A stretch of 41,800 nucleotides of DNA from Candidatus Hermodarchaeota archaeon (GTDB lineage: Archaea > Asgardarchaeota > Lokiarchaeia > Sigyniarchaeales > SOKP01): contig JBHLLO010000023.1 of NCBI GenBank assembly GCA_048885535.1, positions 1 through 41,800 on the forward strand, given 5' to 3'. The position numbers and the translations under genes were made by a program. Of this stretch, positions 26,911-36,838 are shown one piece after another (position 1 is the first letter of the stretch; every line of letters begins with the position of its first letter). The notes beneath the pieces are model-generated. The model was not told the DNA's origin and ran no database searches. It saw nothing but the letters and a program-made list of their open reading frames with translations.

Positions 26911-27293
26911 GCTATTTTTTCAATATACATAAGTGGATATTTTAAATCTTCAATCCATTCAATTTTTGCAAAAATTTTTACTGATTTATACTGAACTTCA
27001 ATTTCAGCTCTAATTACTTTACCAGATATTTCATCATAAGCAAATTCATTTGATTTATCTCCTATAATTTTGTCCCCATCAAGTACTATCTTTACATTTT
27101 TAACATAGGGTTGACAAGATATAGAAGCTTCAATTCCTTTTTCAATAGAGTTAATAATATTTTTATTTGAAGATACTGGAATTCCACATAGAATATGGTA
27201 GAGTGCTCCGAGTTTTATTCCTATTTCAAAACAAGCTCTTTCTCTATCAGATACATCTGTTGGAAAAAAGTTATCATAATTTTTTGTTGACAT
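26907..27293 (-). CDS. mptD: Archaeal dihydroneopterin aldolase MptD
   Basis: SDRERACFEIGIKLGALYH..CG.PV, IE.SI..QPYV, Y.E.SG and L.YPLMYIE. Confidence 0.88.
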   Translation of the reverse strand: MSTKNYDNFFPTDVSDRERACFEIGIKLGALYHILCGIPVSSNKNIINSIEKGIEASISCQPYVKNVKIVLDGDKIIGDKSNEFAYDEISGKVIRAEIEVQYKSVKIFAKIEWIEDLKYPLMYIEKIA

Positions 27294-28306
27294 TATTCAT
27301 CATCTAAGTATTCTATTTTAGCTCCACGATTATTAGGTTTGCAGATATAAATATGACCTCCAATGTCCTTTAAATTCATCTGAACATCTTTTAATATTTT
27401 ATTCGCTTCAGATTCAGATTCAGTTATTCCAACTACACTAGGACCAAAAGATGACATTCCATAAGCTTTTATTCCGTAATCTTCAAAGTAATTCAAAAGT
27501 TCCTTTACAATATCATGTTGAAGGCTAATTTCAATTTTTTTGAAACCAATGTTTTGAATTCGTTTTATACCCTCTCCAAAACATTTTAAATCATGTTTTA
27601 GTATACCAGGTATAACTTTCATTATTATTTGATGAGATACCTCATTTACTTCTTCTTTTGGAATAGGAGCATAATTCTGAAAAATACTAATTTCATCATC
27701 TCCATATGCTCCTTTACCTACATTTGGTATAACAAGAACAAATCTCCAATGCTCTGGAATATCATACCTAAAAAGAGTAAGTGCAGGTTCAACATTTTTG
27801 GACGCTGAAGAGGGTAAAAAAGTTTCTTTTTCTTTTCCTTGACCAAAATCATGTCCTGCATCTAAAATAAAACCCCCTTTTTCAAAACCTCGCCATCCGA
27901 TTCCTGATGTTCCCCCTCTTTCTACAATCTTTGTTAACTCTTCTAATTCAACAGTTTTAATATTTTTCAATAGTGTGATAGCAGTGGCAATTGCTAAAGA
28001 TAATTGGGTTTTTGAACCTAATCCCACATGGCTAGGATAGTATCTTTTAAGATGGAAATGAAAATTCTTATTACTAATATTAAAGATTTTAAAAACCTTT
28101 GAAGCTTTTTCGTTAATCACTTCAATAGATTCACGATAATATTTATGAGCTTCAATTTTAAATTCCTTGGCATTGTTAGAGGCCTCGAAAATAACATTTG
28201 GACGATCTAACATTAATCCAATTCCCCCATCCACCCTACCAGTATATCCATTTTCGTCTATTAATGAAAGATGAATCCTACAAGGCGCTGTTATTTTAAT
28301 TTTCAT
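27293..28306 (-). CDS. mptG: Beta-ribofuranosylaminobenzene 5'-phosphate (RFAP) synthase, GHMP family
   Basis: P.RIH.SLID.NG..GRVDGG.G, HVGLGS.TQ, RGGTSGIG..F..GGFILD.GH, F.PSSAS, GFKK.E, GMSSFGP and NNRGA. Confidence 0.92.
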   Translation of the reverse strand: MKIKITAPCRIHLSLIDENGYTGRVDGGIGLMLDRPNVIFEASNNAKEFKIEAHKYYRESIEVINEKASKVFKIFNISNKNFHFHLKRYYPSHVGLGSKTQLSLAIATAITLLKNIKTVELEELTKIVERGGTSGIGWRGFEKGGFILDAGHDFGQGKEKETFLPSSASKNVEPALTLFRYDIPEHWRFVLVIPNVGKGAYGDDEISIFQNYAPIPKEEVNEVSHQIIMKVIPGILKHDLKCFGEGIKRIQNIGFKKIEISLQHDIVKELLNYFEDYGIKAYGMSSFGPSVVGITESESEANKILKDVQMNLKDIGGHIYICKPNNRGAKIEYLDDE

Positions 28307-28538
28307 GGTTAATTAATACAAATTCAGAGCTACTAGCTAGAATTTTCAAGATAATTTAAATGTAGTATAATTATTCGAATCGACATATAATTCCTTAATT
28401 TCATTATGCGAACTATTATAAAAAAGGTAATCTTATTTTATAATTTGTAATCATTAAATTGATAATCTTTTAACATAGTTGTCAAAACTGAATAGGTTTA
28501 TAGTTTTCAAGAGTGAAGGGTGAGTAAAGATAGTAAGA

Positions 28539-28895
28539 GTGCTTATTGTAGAGGATGATTTGTCATTAAGAACACTCTATCAGAAAGCATTAAGTTCAAG
28601 AGGATATGAGGTAATTGGTCTGGCTAAGGATGGGGAGCAAGCTGTTAAAATGTACAGCGATTTTTCAGAAAAACCAGATGTAATTATTATGGATCATAGG
28701 ATGCCAATTAAAAATGGAATTGAAGCGACTAAGGAAATTTTAAACAATTCAGTAGAAAAGAAACCAAAGATTATTTTTGCGAGCGCAGACCAGACAATTA
28801 AAGATTTAGCACTTTCTATAGGAATAACTAGTTTTAAAAGTAAGCCATTCACGCTCGAAAATCTTTTTAATAATATTGAGAAGGCTATAAACTAA
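28539..28895 (+). CDS. Stand-alone response regulator receiver (CheY-like)
   Basis: IVEDD, PDVIIMDHRMP..NG, SA and KPF. The start may be the in-frame ATA at 28530 (GGTGA-N6). Confidence 0.9.
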   Translation: MLIVEDDLSLRTLYQKALSSRGYEVIGLAKDGEQAVKMYSDFSEKPDVIIMDHRMPIKNGIEATKEILNNSVEKKPKIIFASADQTIKDLALSIGITSFKSKPFTLENLFNNIEKAIN

Positions 28896-29005
28896 TTTCG
28901 ATGATAATAAAATCATTGAGCTATAGATTACTTAATGCTAATAATATTATTATTATAAAAAGATTTTTTTTGATTGAACTTTTTTTTCAATAAACTGCAA
29001 TAAAA

Positions 29006-30403
29006 GTGAAAAATTTGAGCGATCTAGAAGGTTTAACAAGAAATTTAATGAAAAAAGGAAATTCTGATGAAGAAATTCTTAAACGGTTAATCCAAGAATA
29101 CCGAGATTTTAAGGATATAGACGAAGAATCTGCCTTGAAGTATGGAAGAGCAATCTTAGAAGAGTGTAAAAGAAGCGATTTAAAATCTGTATCCAATAGA
29201 TTCATAAAAAATTTATTAAAAGTCAATAATTCAGGAATAACCGTTGGTAAGCAAGGCGTCGGATGTCGAGGAGCAGGAGATTTTTTTGTTCATAAATTGC
29301 TAGCAGATCTTTCAGAAACCGAATATAGAGCATTTCTTTCACCTTCTTCATTAGATGATGCTGGTGCAGTCCGTTTATGCGATATTGAAGATTTTAAAAG
29401 TGAAAAATTAGACGGAAATAATTTAATTATTGTATCAAAAATGGAAGGAATTCACTCTCGCTTAAGTGATTTTCCCTTTATATGTGGATTCCACGTTACA
29501 AGAGCTGCATTGAGGGACCTTTATGTTAAGGGAGCAAAACCAATTTCAATAATAGTTGATACTCATTTAGGAGACGACGCAGATGTCGGTAAACTCTTTG
29601 ATTTTATGGCGGGTGTGTCTACTATTTCGGACTTAGCAAGGGTACCTATCACTGCAGGATCTACATTGAGGATAGGGGGTGATATGGTTATTGGAGACCG
29701 CTTTGTTGGGGGTATTGGAGCTATAGGACTAGCCAATAGAGTTCTTGCTCGAAGAAATATAAAGCCTGGTGATAAAGTATTAATGACAGAAGGTTCTGGG
29801 GGAGGCACTATTGTTACTACTGCGATTTATTCTGGAAATCATGATGTTGTGAAGGAAACGCTAAATATTAAATTCTTAAAAGCTTGTGAAGTTATTTTTA
29901 ATGCGGATTATTTTGATAATATACATGCGATGTGTGATGTAACAAATGGAGGTCTTAGGGGAGATTTATATGAGATAAACTATGAAGCCAATTGTGGAGT
30001 AATTGTATTTGAAGAGGAAATTAGAAATTTGGTGAATCCTATTGTTCTTAACCTTTTAGAAAAAGTAAAAGTAGATTATTTGGGGGTATCTTTAGATGCG
30101 TTACTTGTATTTTGTCCTAGTAATATTTCGGGTAAAATTATTTCAGATTTAAAAAATAATGGCATTAAATCTGCTGAAATTGGAATTGTTGATTCCTCAA
30201 ACCAAGTATCAATTACCTATGGAGATGACCGTAAGAAAAGCATTTTACCTAAATTCCGAGAGTCAGCATATACTAAAATCAAACAAGAAGTTGGTGAAGA
30301 ACCTCCAGATTTACAATTTCAAATGGAAAAGCAAATTGAAGTGGCAGCATCTAAGGCTTTAGAAAAACGAAAAGAAATAATCAAACACATCAAAAACAAT
30401 TAA
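29006..30403 (+). CDS. AIR-synthase-related (PurM/HypE/ThiL fold) protein
   Basis: GVGCRG.GDF, DDAG, GIHSRLS, ALRD.YVKGA.P, GSTLRIGGD and DVTNGG.RGD. Confidence 0.8.
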   Translation: MKNLSDLEGLTRNLMKKGNSDEEILKRLIQEYRDFKDIDEESALKYGRAILEECKRSDLKSVSNRFIKNLLKVNNSGITVGKQGVGCRGAGDFFVHKLLADLSETEYRAFLSPSSLDDAGAVRLCDIEDFKSEKLDGNNLIIVSKMEGIHSRLSDFPFICGFHVTRAALRDLYVKGAKPISIIVDTHLGDDADVGKLFDFMAGVSTISDLARVPITAGSTLRIGGDMVIGDRFVGGIGAIGLANRVLARRNIKPGDKVLMTEGSGGGTIVTTAIYSGNHDVVKETLNIKFLKACEVIFNADYFDNIHAMCDVTNGGLRGDLYEINYEANCGVIVFEEEIRNLVNPIVLNLLEKVKVDYLGVSLDALLVFCPSNISGKIISDLKNNGIKSAEIGIVDSSNQVSITYGDDRKKSILPKFRESAYTKIKQEVGEEPPDLQFQMEKQIEVAASKALEKRKEIIKHIKNN

Positions 30404-30404
30404 T

Positions 30405-31235
30405 CTAGTTGTTGTTAAGCGATAATATCTCGTTTAGTGAACCCGATCTGAATCCTTCTAAATCAATCGTTATATAACAAAAACCTAACTCTTTAAATTT
30501 AGATTTAATTTTAGATATATTCTCTTTATTTAGAATATATGGAAGATCTTCTGGCAAAAATTCAATCCTAGCTAGTTTCTCTTCATGATACCTTACCCGT
30601 AATTGCTTTAGTTTGAATGTAATTTTTAAGAACTTTTCCCCCTCTTTTATCATATTGAGTTTTTTTTCATCGATTTTTTGATTGTACGGAATACGTGATG
30701 AAAAACAAGCCATAGAAGGTTTTGTTTTAACCTCTAAGTTATAAAATTCTGCGATTTTCCTTATATCCTGTTTCTTGAATTTAAAATTAATATAAGGTGT
30801 GGAAATATCTAATTCTTTTAAAGCTTGCATTCCAGGTCTATAATCAGAGAGATCATCTAAGTTTGACCCATCAATAATAATATCAAATTTTTTTTTATCT
30901 TTAATTTTAATAATATCTTTATATAAGCCAGTTTTACAGATATAACATCGATTATGAGGATTCATTTTAAAATCTTTATTCTCAAGTGGATTTCTTTCAA
31001 TTATGATATGAGAAATATTATATTTTTTTGCAAATTTACTTGCTTCTTGAATTTCTTCATCAGGATAGAGAATTGATTTTTCCGTTACAAGAATTGTATC
31101 TTTTGCATGCTTTTTCGAAAGAAATGCAAGTAGACTGCTATCCACCCCACCTGAAAAAGCAACAATTACTTTTTTATTATTCAAAAATGATATAAGATTT
31201 TTAGTTTTAGATTGTAAATCATCTGACAACTTCAT
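30405..31235 (-). CDS. larE: ATP-dependent sacrificial sulfur transferase LarE (PP-loop)
   Basis: AFSGGVDS, N..NRCY.CK, DGSN.DD..DYRPG..A, KPS.AC..SRIPY, RVR.H and DL.GFRSGS.N. Confidence 0.9.
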   Translation of the reverse strand: MKLSDDLQSKTKNLISFLNNKKVIVAFSGGVDSSLLAFLSKKHAKDTILVTEKSILYPDEEIQEASKFAKKYNISHIIIERNPLENKDFKMNPHNRCYICKTGLYKDIIKIKDKKKFDIIIDGSNLDDLSDYRPGMQALKELDISTPYINFKFKKQDIRKIAEFYNLEVKTKPSMACFSSRIPYNQKIDEKKLNMIKEGEKFLKITFKLKQLRVRYHEEKLARIEFLPEDLPYILNKENISKIKSKFKELGFCYITIDLEGFRSGSLNEILSLNNN

Positions 31236-31343
31236 GTTATTTTAAGAAATGATAAAAATTAATTTAATTTTCTGCTAGAAGGAGAAATTTATGGCTTTAA
31301 AGATTTAATTTGCAATCCAAAGATTTAAATATTGTTTTTTCTA

Positions 31344-31385
31344 TACTATACATAGCACAGTATTGAACAAATACTATTGATCAAA
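31344..31385. promoter_or_regulatory. Candidate PadR operator region
   Basis: TACT-N11-AGTA (31344-31362), overlapping AGTATT-N5-AATACT (31359-31375), and a direct repeat TATTGAACAAA/TATTGATCAAA just upstream of the PadR ATG. Confidence 0.45.
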
Positions 31386-31419
31386 AAATTGAAAAAATAA
31401 ATATAAGAAGGTTGATAGA

Positions 31420-31938
31420 ATGATTAAACGAATTAAAGGATTTGATCCAGAATTTCTTGATTATGCATCGAAATTTGAATCTGAGATAAACAGAGGCATT
31501 TCCGGATTATGTATTTTATCTATTATTAATCGATATGGAGATGAAGGAGTACATGGTTATCAGATATCAAAGGATTTACAAGACCAGACTAAAGAGATTT
31601 TGATAATTGAAGAGGGAACATTATACCCAATTTTAAGGAAATTAGAAGACGATGGGATAATAAGGTCTAAGAGAGAAAAAACAGGTCGAAAGCGAAAGTT
31701 TTACTTTATTACGGCAAATGGAATAAAAGTATATAATTACTTATCAGGCTTTTTTTCTAAACTGACTGAGGCAATAGCACCATTATTTGATGTAAACGTA
31801 AATCTGAAACCTGAACGATATTTATTCTGCCCTAATTGCGCTAACAAAATCGACCTTACAACTTTGGAATTAAGATATTGTGATGTATGCGGTCATAATA
31901 TTGAAATGGAAATAAAAGAAAGAGGTTTTGAAAAATGA
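31420..31938 (+). CDS. PadR-family regulator with C-terminal Zn ribbon
   Basis: HGYQI, EGTLYPILRKLE..G.I, GRKRKFY.IT..G; tail CPNC...CDVCG. Confidence 0.9.
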   Translation: MIKRIKGFDPEFLDYASKFESEINRGISGLCILSIINRYGDEGVHGYQISKDLQDQTKEILIIEEGTLYPILRKLEDDGIIRSKREKTGRKRKFYFITANGIKVYNYLSGFFSKLTEAIAPLFDVNVNLKPERYLFCPNCANKIDLTTLELRYCDVCGHNIEMEIKERGFEK

Positions 31939-32924
31939 GTGAAAAGAATATGGAATTTTTAGTAAATGAGTATATAAAAGAAGTTAAGAAAGTACTACCA
32001 GATTGGCTAAAAGATAAAAAAGAACATAAAGAAATTTTAGCTGAGCTTGAGGAACATATATGGGAAAAAGCGGAAGAATTATCAGATTCAGGGCAAGCGA
32101 ATGTGAAGTCCATTCAAATGGCTATTAGTCATATGGGAACTCCAAAGAGCATCGCAAAGGAATATAAAAGACGAGGGACACCTAAAGTATACATTACAAA
32201 GGAAATGTGGCCACTTTATCTAAATGTGTTAGTCATTGTATTTGCTATCATCATAATTCTTAATATAGTTGGCTTAATCCTTAACATTGTATCTGGAACA
32301 ACAGATGTAGGAGAATTATTAGGAAGTTTAATTGGAGGGATTCAAAGTGGATTATTCGTATCGTTTGCTATTATATCTGTCATTTTTGTGGCATTATCTA
32401 TGGAAGGATATTTTCCAGAAGATTTTAAATCGAAAAAAGAGCTTGATAAGGAAGCTTCAAGAGTTGAAGCCGGTTTACCACCTAAACCATTTATAAAACC
32501 TGTAGGCGAAATTATAGGAGGGGGTTTTGGATTAGTCATTGGAATTTTATTTATATTCCAACCATTTCCTGCTGGCTTATTTATTGCTGACTTTCTATTA
32601 TTACTTCGCATTTTTGGAATTTTTATGATAATTGCAGGTTCTTTTGACATTACTAGGGGCGTTATTGGAAATCGTCGACCAACAACACATCAAATCATAC
32701 ATGTGATCAAAATACTATTAAAAATTGGAGTTATACCTTTCTTGATAATCTTATTGAATCGTCCAGACATATTTCCATGGTTCAGTTCCCCATGGGTTCA
32801 CGTTGGAATACCCCCTGAGTTTCATGAAGCTTACCGCATTGGGATGATAGTATTAGTTGTAATTATTACATTGACTAATATTGAAGATATTTATAGAATC
32901 TGGAAACTTCAGAAATATAAATAA
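31935..32924 (+). CDS. HAAS-domain (DUF1700-like) multi-pass membrane protein
   Basis: Y..EV...LP....E.EEHI......MG.P..IA.EY followed by ~6 TM helices; overlaps the PadR stop (ATGA). Confidence 0.78.
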   Translation: MSEKNMEFLVNEYIKEVKKVLPDWLKDKKEHKEILAELEEHIWEKAEELSDSGQANVKSIQMAISHMGTPKSIAKEYKRRGTPKVYITKEMWPLYLNVLVIVFAIIIILNIVGLILNIVSGTTDVGELLGSLIGGIQSGLFVSFAIISVIFVALSMEGYFPEDFKSKKELDKEASRVEAGLPPKPFIKPVGEIIGGGFGLVIGILFIFQPFPAGLFIADFLLLLRIFGIFMIIAGSFDITRGVIGNRRPTTHQIIHVIKILLKIGVIPFLIILLNRPDIFPWFSSPWVHVGIPPEFHEAYRIGMIVLVVIITLTNIEDIYRIWKLQKYK

Positions 32925-32931
32925 ATAATTA

Positions 32932-32951
32932 TTTTTTTTGTTTTTTTTTTT
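32932..32951 (+). terminator. Oligo-T terminator between convergent genes
   Basis: T8-G-T11 right after the stop at 32924; A-tracts near 33002-33047 could serve the opposite strand. Confidence 0.55.
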
Positions 32952-33049
32952 ATATTGTATCTGTGAATTAATTTTTTTGACTTAATTCAAATGTAATTCT
33001 CAAAAAAAGGATTTTGTTTGAAGAATTAAAAAAAATAAATAAAAAAAGA

Positions 33050-34336
33050 TTAATAAACTCTTTTTATCTTTTGAATTTTATAGATTTTATAGAAATTAAC
33101 AATCATTCCAATAATTATTCCAACAACTATTAAGATTATTACCCAGAAGTAAATCATGTAAGCTGGATCAGCGGTATTTAATGGAATTATTAAAACTGTG
33201 CCACCCGAAAAGAAAGAAATTGGAAAAATTCCAGGTTTATCGATTAAAAATAAGAACAGGGGTATAAATGAAGCGTTATAGCACGTTTTTATTCCTAATA
33301 AAATTTGTTGGGCAGTATAATTTCTTGTACCTGCAATTAATCTGACAAGGTCAAATAAACCACCCACAAATATCAGAAGACCAAAAATCTTAAGCCAATC
33401 TAAGAACTCAATTAGAAATCCGCTAATTGCAGCAAAAGGTTGTATAACCAAGAATAATCCAAAAATAATTCCTGCGATAGCACCAAAAATAAGTTCACCC
33501 AGAGTGACTGGTTGCATCTTTTTCATTTCTCGCTTTTGTTCAGCTATAGCTTTCTTTTCTTCACGAAGGCGCTTAGTTCTTTCCAACTTTTCTTCTCTCC
33601 GAATTTTTGCTTCTAATAATTTTTGTTCTCGTCGTAATTCTGTTGCTGCTAATCTTTCTTGCCTTAAAGCTTTAACTTCAGCAAATCTATCTTCAATCCT
33701 TGCTTTAGATTCTGCAATTACTTCTTTAACTTTTTCTTTTGCCTGATTAAGTCTTTCTTTTGTATATTCCTTAGTTTCTTCTAATTCTTGCTGTGTTAGA
33801 TGGAAGGGGAAGACTAATGCTAGTCGGGAAGGAATTACTCCAAAATCTTCAGGGAGAAAACCTTGCATTGAGAAAAATACGAATAAGACAGTTATTACGA
33901 CAGTAGTGATTAAACATCCAATCCAAATACCGGAAATCATCCCTCCTATGGCTTCCCACCATGGTGGAGTGAATAACCTAAAAATACCAATTATAACATT
34001 TATAATAACTACGATCGTAAAGAAGAAAAGCATTGTTCTTAAATAAAATTCAAAAAGCTCTTCAGTTATATATAACTTAGGTGTACCACGCCTCTTATAA
34101 ATCCTAGCAATAGTTGCTGGGGATCCAATTTGGATTAATGCTTGTTGGATATCAGCAGGAGTCGGATCTTCTCCCCCTGCGATTTTTCTCGCCTCCTCTA
34201 AGATTTGTATATTAAGATCATTTAATATCGCATTCACTTCTTCCTTTTTGGGTTTTAACCATTCAGGTAACTTCTTTCGTACCTCTTCTAAATAATTATT
34301 AATCAATTCGTTTTCAGAATAGCTCAAATTTACCAA
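33050..34336 (-). CDS. HAAS-domain membrane protein, paralogue of 31935..32924, with a cytoplasmic coiled-coil insertion
   Basis: Shares LP.WLK, G.P..IA..YKRRGTPK.YIT.E, SM.G..PEDF, GE.I.G and QPF with the upstream gene; ~95-aa E/K/R-rich insert. Confidence 0.78.
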   Translation of the reverse strand: MVNLSYSENELINNYLEEVRKKLPEWLKPKKEEVNAILNDLNIQILEEARKIAGGEDPTPADIQQALIQIGSPATIARIYKRRGTPKLYITEELFEFYLRTMLFFFTIVVIINVIIGIFRLFTPPWWEAIGGMISGIWIGCLITTVVITVLFVFFSMQGFLPEDFGVIPSRLALVFPFHLTQQELEETKEYTKERLNQAKEKVKEVIAESKARIEDRFAEVKALRQERLAATELRREQKLLEAKIRREEKLERTKRLREEKKAIAEQKREMKKMQPVTLGELIFGAIAGIIFGLFLVIQPFAAISGFLIEFLDWLKIFGLLIFVGGLFDLVRLIAGTRNYTAQQILLGIKTCYNASFIPLFLFLIDKPGIFPISFFSGGTVLIIPLNTADPAYMIYFWVIILIVVGIIIGMIVNFYKIYKIQKIKRVY

Positions 34337-34520
34337 CCTTAGTAGTATTTTTATTTCAGATTTATTTAGATATTTTGATATTATAAAAAAGTTTTATCAT
34401 TCTATTAAAAAAAATGGAGACCAGTTTTCAATACTATTCTTTAAATGGTTGTAGAGTTAATTTATTTATAAACAGCAGCAAATATTAATTAATAATTAAA
34501 AATAGTTCTTTTTGAAAAGA

Positions 34521-35948
34521 ATGAGATACAAGTCCAATGAATTTCAAGAAATTAATAAACGGAGAAAATTCGGAATACACCTTACTTCCGAAGAAATTTT
34601 CCACAAATATATCTATCCAGAAATAGAGCATCTTTTAAAGGGTTATATCTGGGTTGATCTCTATGCTGGTGAGGGTAATCTAATTTTGCCAATCTTGCAT
34701 TATATACATCCGAAAGAACGGCAGGAGTTCTTTTCAAGTCATCTCTTTTTGTTCGACGTTCAAGAAGAAATGGTTGAAAAAAGTGTAAACAATGCACAAT
34801 CTTATGGAATACCTGAAAATGTGGCAAAACACAATATTTTAATTCGAGATAATCTTGACAGCTTTCCTAAGTTTCTTAAAGAAAAAGAGCTTCCAATTTT
34901 TCATATTACAAATCCACCATATTTATATTTAGGATATATTAAAAAACATCATGAAACTCAGCATTATTTTAAATATTTCAAGGGAGATAATAATGGTTAT
35001 CAAGATTTATATCAAATAGCTATGATAAATGATTTAAGAAATGGAATTGAAAATCTAATTTACATTATCCCTTCAAACTTTCTATATGGAGCCTCAATAT
35101 CTAATAAATTCCGATTAGATTTCTTTAAGAATTATAAAATACTAAAAATGGTTATTTTTGAAACTAAAACTTTTGAATTTACAGGGACTCATATATGTAT
35201 TGGCTTCTTTAAGGCAAAAAAAATTCCTAAAGTGGAAAACTTAAGATTTCCAGGCATTAAGATCAAAAAGAGGAACCAAATCATCCGAAAAGAATATGAA
35301 TTAAAACCCAATTATAAATTTAGAGCGGGATACGAATTTGCTGCGTTTTTAAAAAGATACCGTGCCAAAAATCCCCTTAAAGTAGAGTACTATTTAACAG
35401 ATAAGATGGTTTTAGGAAATTTAGGTCCTAATAAGACTGAGTTAATTGATGCAAATCAATATAAAAAAAATACTTATAAAAAACTAATATTAGGAATAAA
35501 TGAAGAATTAAAACAAAAATTAGAGTCAAACATATTATATATAAGGACTGTTGATACAGGTTCATACAATGGAAGGGTAGGCTTAGGAATTATTAAAGAC
35601 GATTTTAATGTCTATGGAATTTATGTATCTGGTAAACCCTATCGAACACATCCAATTCAAATTTTTTTTGAACCACAAGTGTCCTTAGAAGATCAATTTT
35701 TACTAAAAAGTTATTTTAATTTTATTTTAGAATACTTTAGAAAGACTCTGGATAGTGAATTTCTCACTACATATAAATACTCAAATGCAGATTATACAAG
35801 AAAGTATTTAGGGTTAAATCAAACGAGAAAATTAATAGAAACCTTTCCCATTAAAAATTTGAATAAATTTGAAAGGCAAAGTTTAAAAGGATTAATAGAA
35901 AGTAATAAATTTGATGAAGTTAAACAACTGGTTGATCAAGTTAAATAA
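34521..35948 (+). CDS. Amino (N6-adenine) DNA methyltransferase, orphan
   Basis: Motif I DLYAGEG, motif IV TNPPY, DLY, IIPSNF, in gamma-class order. ATG at 34521 (TTG at 34512 is the alternative). Confidence 0.8.
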   Translation: MRYKSNEFQEINKRRKFGIHLTSEEIFHKYIYPEIEHLLKGYIWVDLYAGEGNLILPILHYIHPKERQEFFSSHLFLFDVQEEMVEKSVNNAQSYGIPENVAKHNILIRDNLDSFPKFLKEKELPIFHITNPPYLYLGYIKKHHETQHYFKYFKGDNNGYQDLYQIAMINDLRNGIENLIYIIPSNFLYGASISNKFRLDFFKNYKILKMVIFETKTFEFTGTHICIGFFKAKKIPKVENLRFPGIKIKKRNQIIRKEYELKPNYKFRAGYEFAAFLKRYRAKNPLKVEYYLTDKMVLGNLGPNKTELIDANQYKKNTYKKLILGINEELKQKLESNILYIRTVDTGSYNGRVGLGIIKDDFNVYGIYVSGKPYRTHPIQIFFEPQVSLEDQFLLKSYFNFILEYFRKTLDSEFLTTYKYSNADYTRKYLGLNQTRKLIETFPIKNLNKFERQSLKGLIESNKFDEVKQLVDQVK

Positions 35949-35952
35949 ATAT

Positions 35953-36825
35953 TTAAATACTTGCAAGTAGAAATGCAACTAACCCTAAAAATGCTCCAAT
36001 TTTTAGAAATAAACTTATTTTTTTAAATCTTTCTCTAGATTCCTTAGAAAAGAGCATTAATATTATTGCATATCCAACTACAGCTAAACCAAAAATCATT
36101 GATAAGAGGAATAAAATATGATTAATGATAGGAGTAAAAAATGGTAAAATAAAGAAAACTATGGCTAAAATAGAAAAAATAATGGCAAATTTTGTAGATT
36201 TTTTAATTCCAATTGTAATTGCCAAGGTTTTTACATTTAATTCACTATCCCCTTCGATATCTTCACAACCTTTTATTACCTCACGTGAAAGCAAAAGAAA
36301 GAATGAAGTTAAAAAAAAGAAATAAATGTATGAAGGAATTATTGCATTATTTAATATCGCTCCATAAACTAATCCAATCGAAAATGAAACACTTACAATT
36401 AAATTTCCAAAAAAGCCACTTTTTTTACCCCATTTTGCATAGACCCATCCAATAAATCCAAAAAAAACCGCAAGGAGGATATTTAAAAAACCAATTCTAA
36501 AGTAAAGACTATGAAATATAGATATTCCTACCCCAATACCATATGTAGAAAAAAAAATGATTTTCGCTTGTTGAATACTAATTCTTCCACTTGGAATTGT
36601 TCTTCCTGGGCGATTTATTTTATCTATTTCAAGATCATAGATATCATTAATGACCATACCTGATCCAGCAATGAAGAAGTAAGTTATAGCCCCTAGGATA
36701 ATATTTACAATAATAAGACTAAGTGGAATATTAATTCTTGTATTTAAAATACCGATTATAACGGTAAAACTTCCCATTATATCATTTATAGGACGCAGTA
36801 TTTCAATAATATCCTTTAGTTTCAT
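35953..36825 (-). CDS. Digeranylgeranylglyceryl phosphate synthase (UbiA family)
   Basis: RP.N, INDIYD..IDKINRPGR.IPSG, GN..V and REVIK..ED..GD....KTL; multi-TM; adjacent to GGGPS. Confidence 0.9.
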   Translation of the reverse strand: MKLKDIIEILRPINDIMGSFTVIIGILNTRINIPLSLIIVNIILGAITYFFIAGSGMVINDIYDLEIDKINRPGRTIPSGRISIQQAKIIFFSTYGIGVGISIFHSLYFRIGFLNILLAVFFGFIGWVYAKWGKKSGFFGNLIVSVSFSIGLVYGAILNNAIIPSYIYFFFLTSFFLLLSREVIKGCEDIEGDSELNVKTLAITIGIKKSTKFAIIFSILAIVFFILPFFTPIINHILFLLSMIFGLAVVGYAIILMLFSKESRERFKKISLFLKIGAFLGLVAFLLASI

Positions 36826-36838
36826 GTGGAGTATGACC

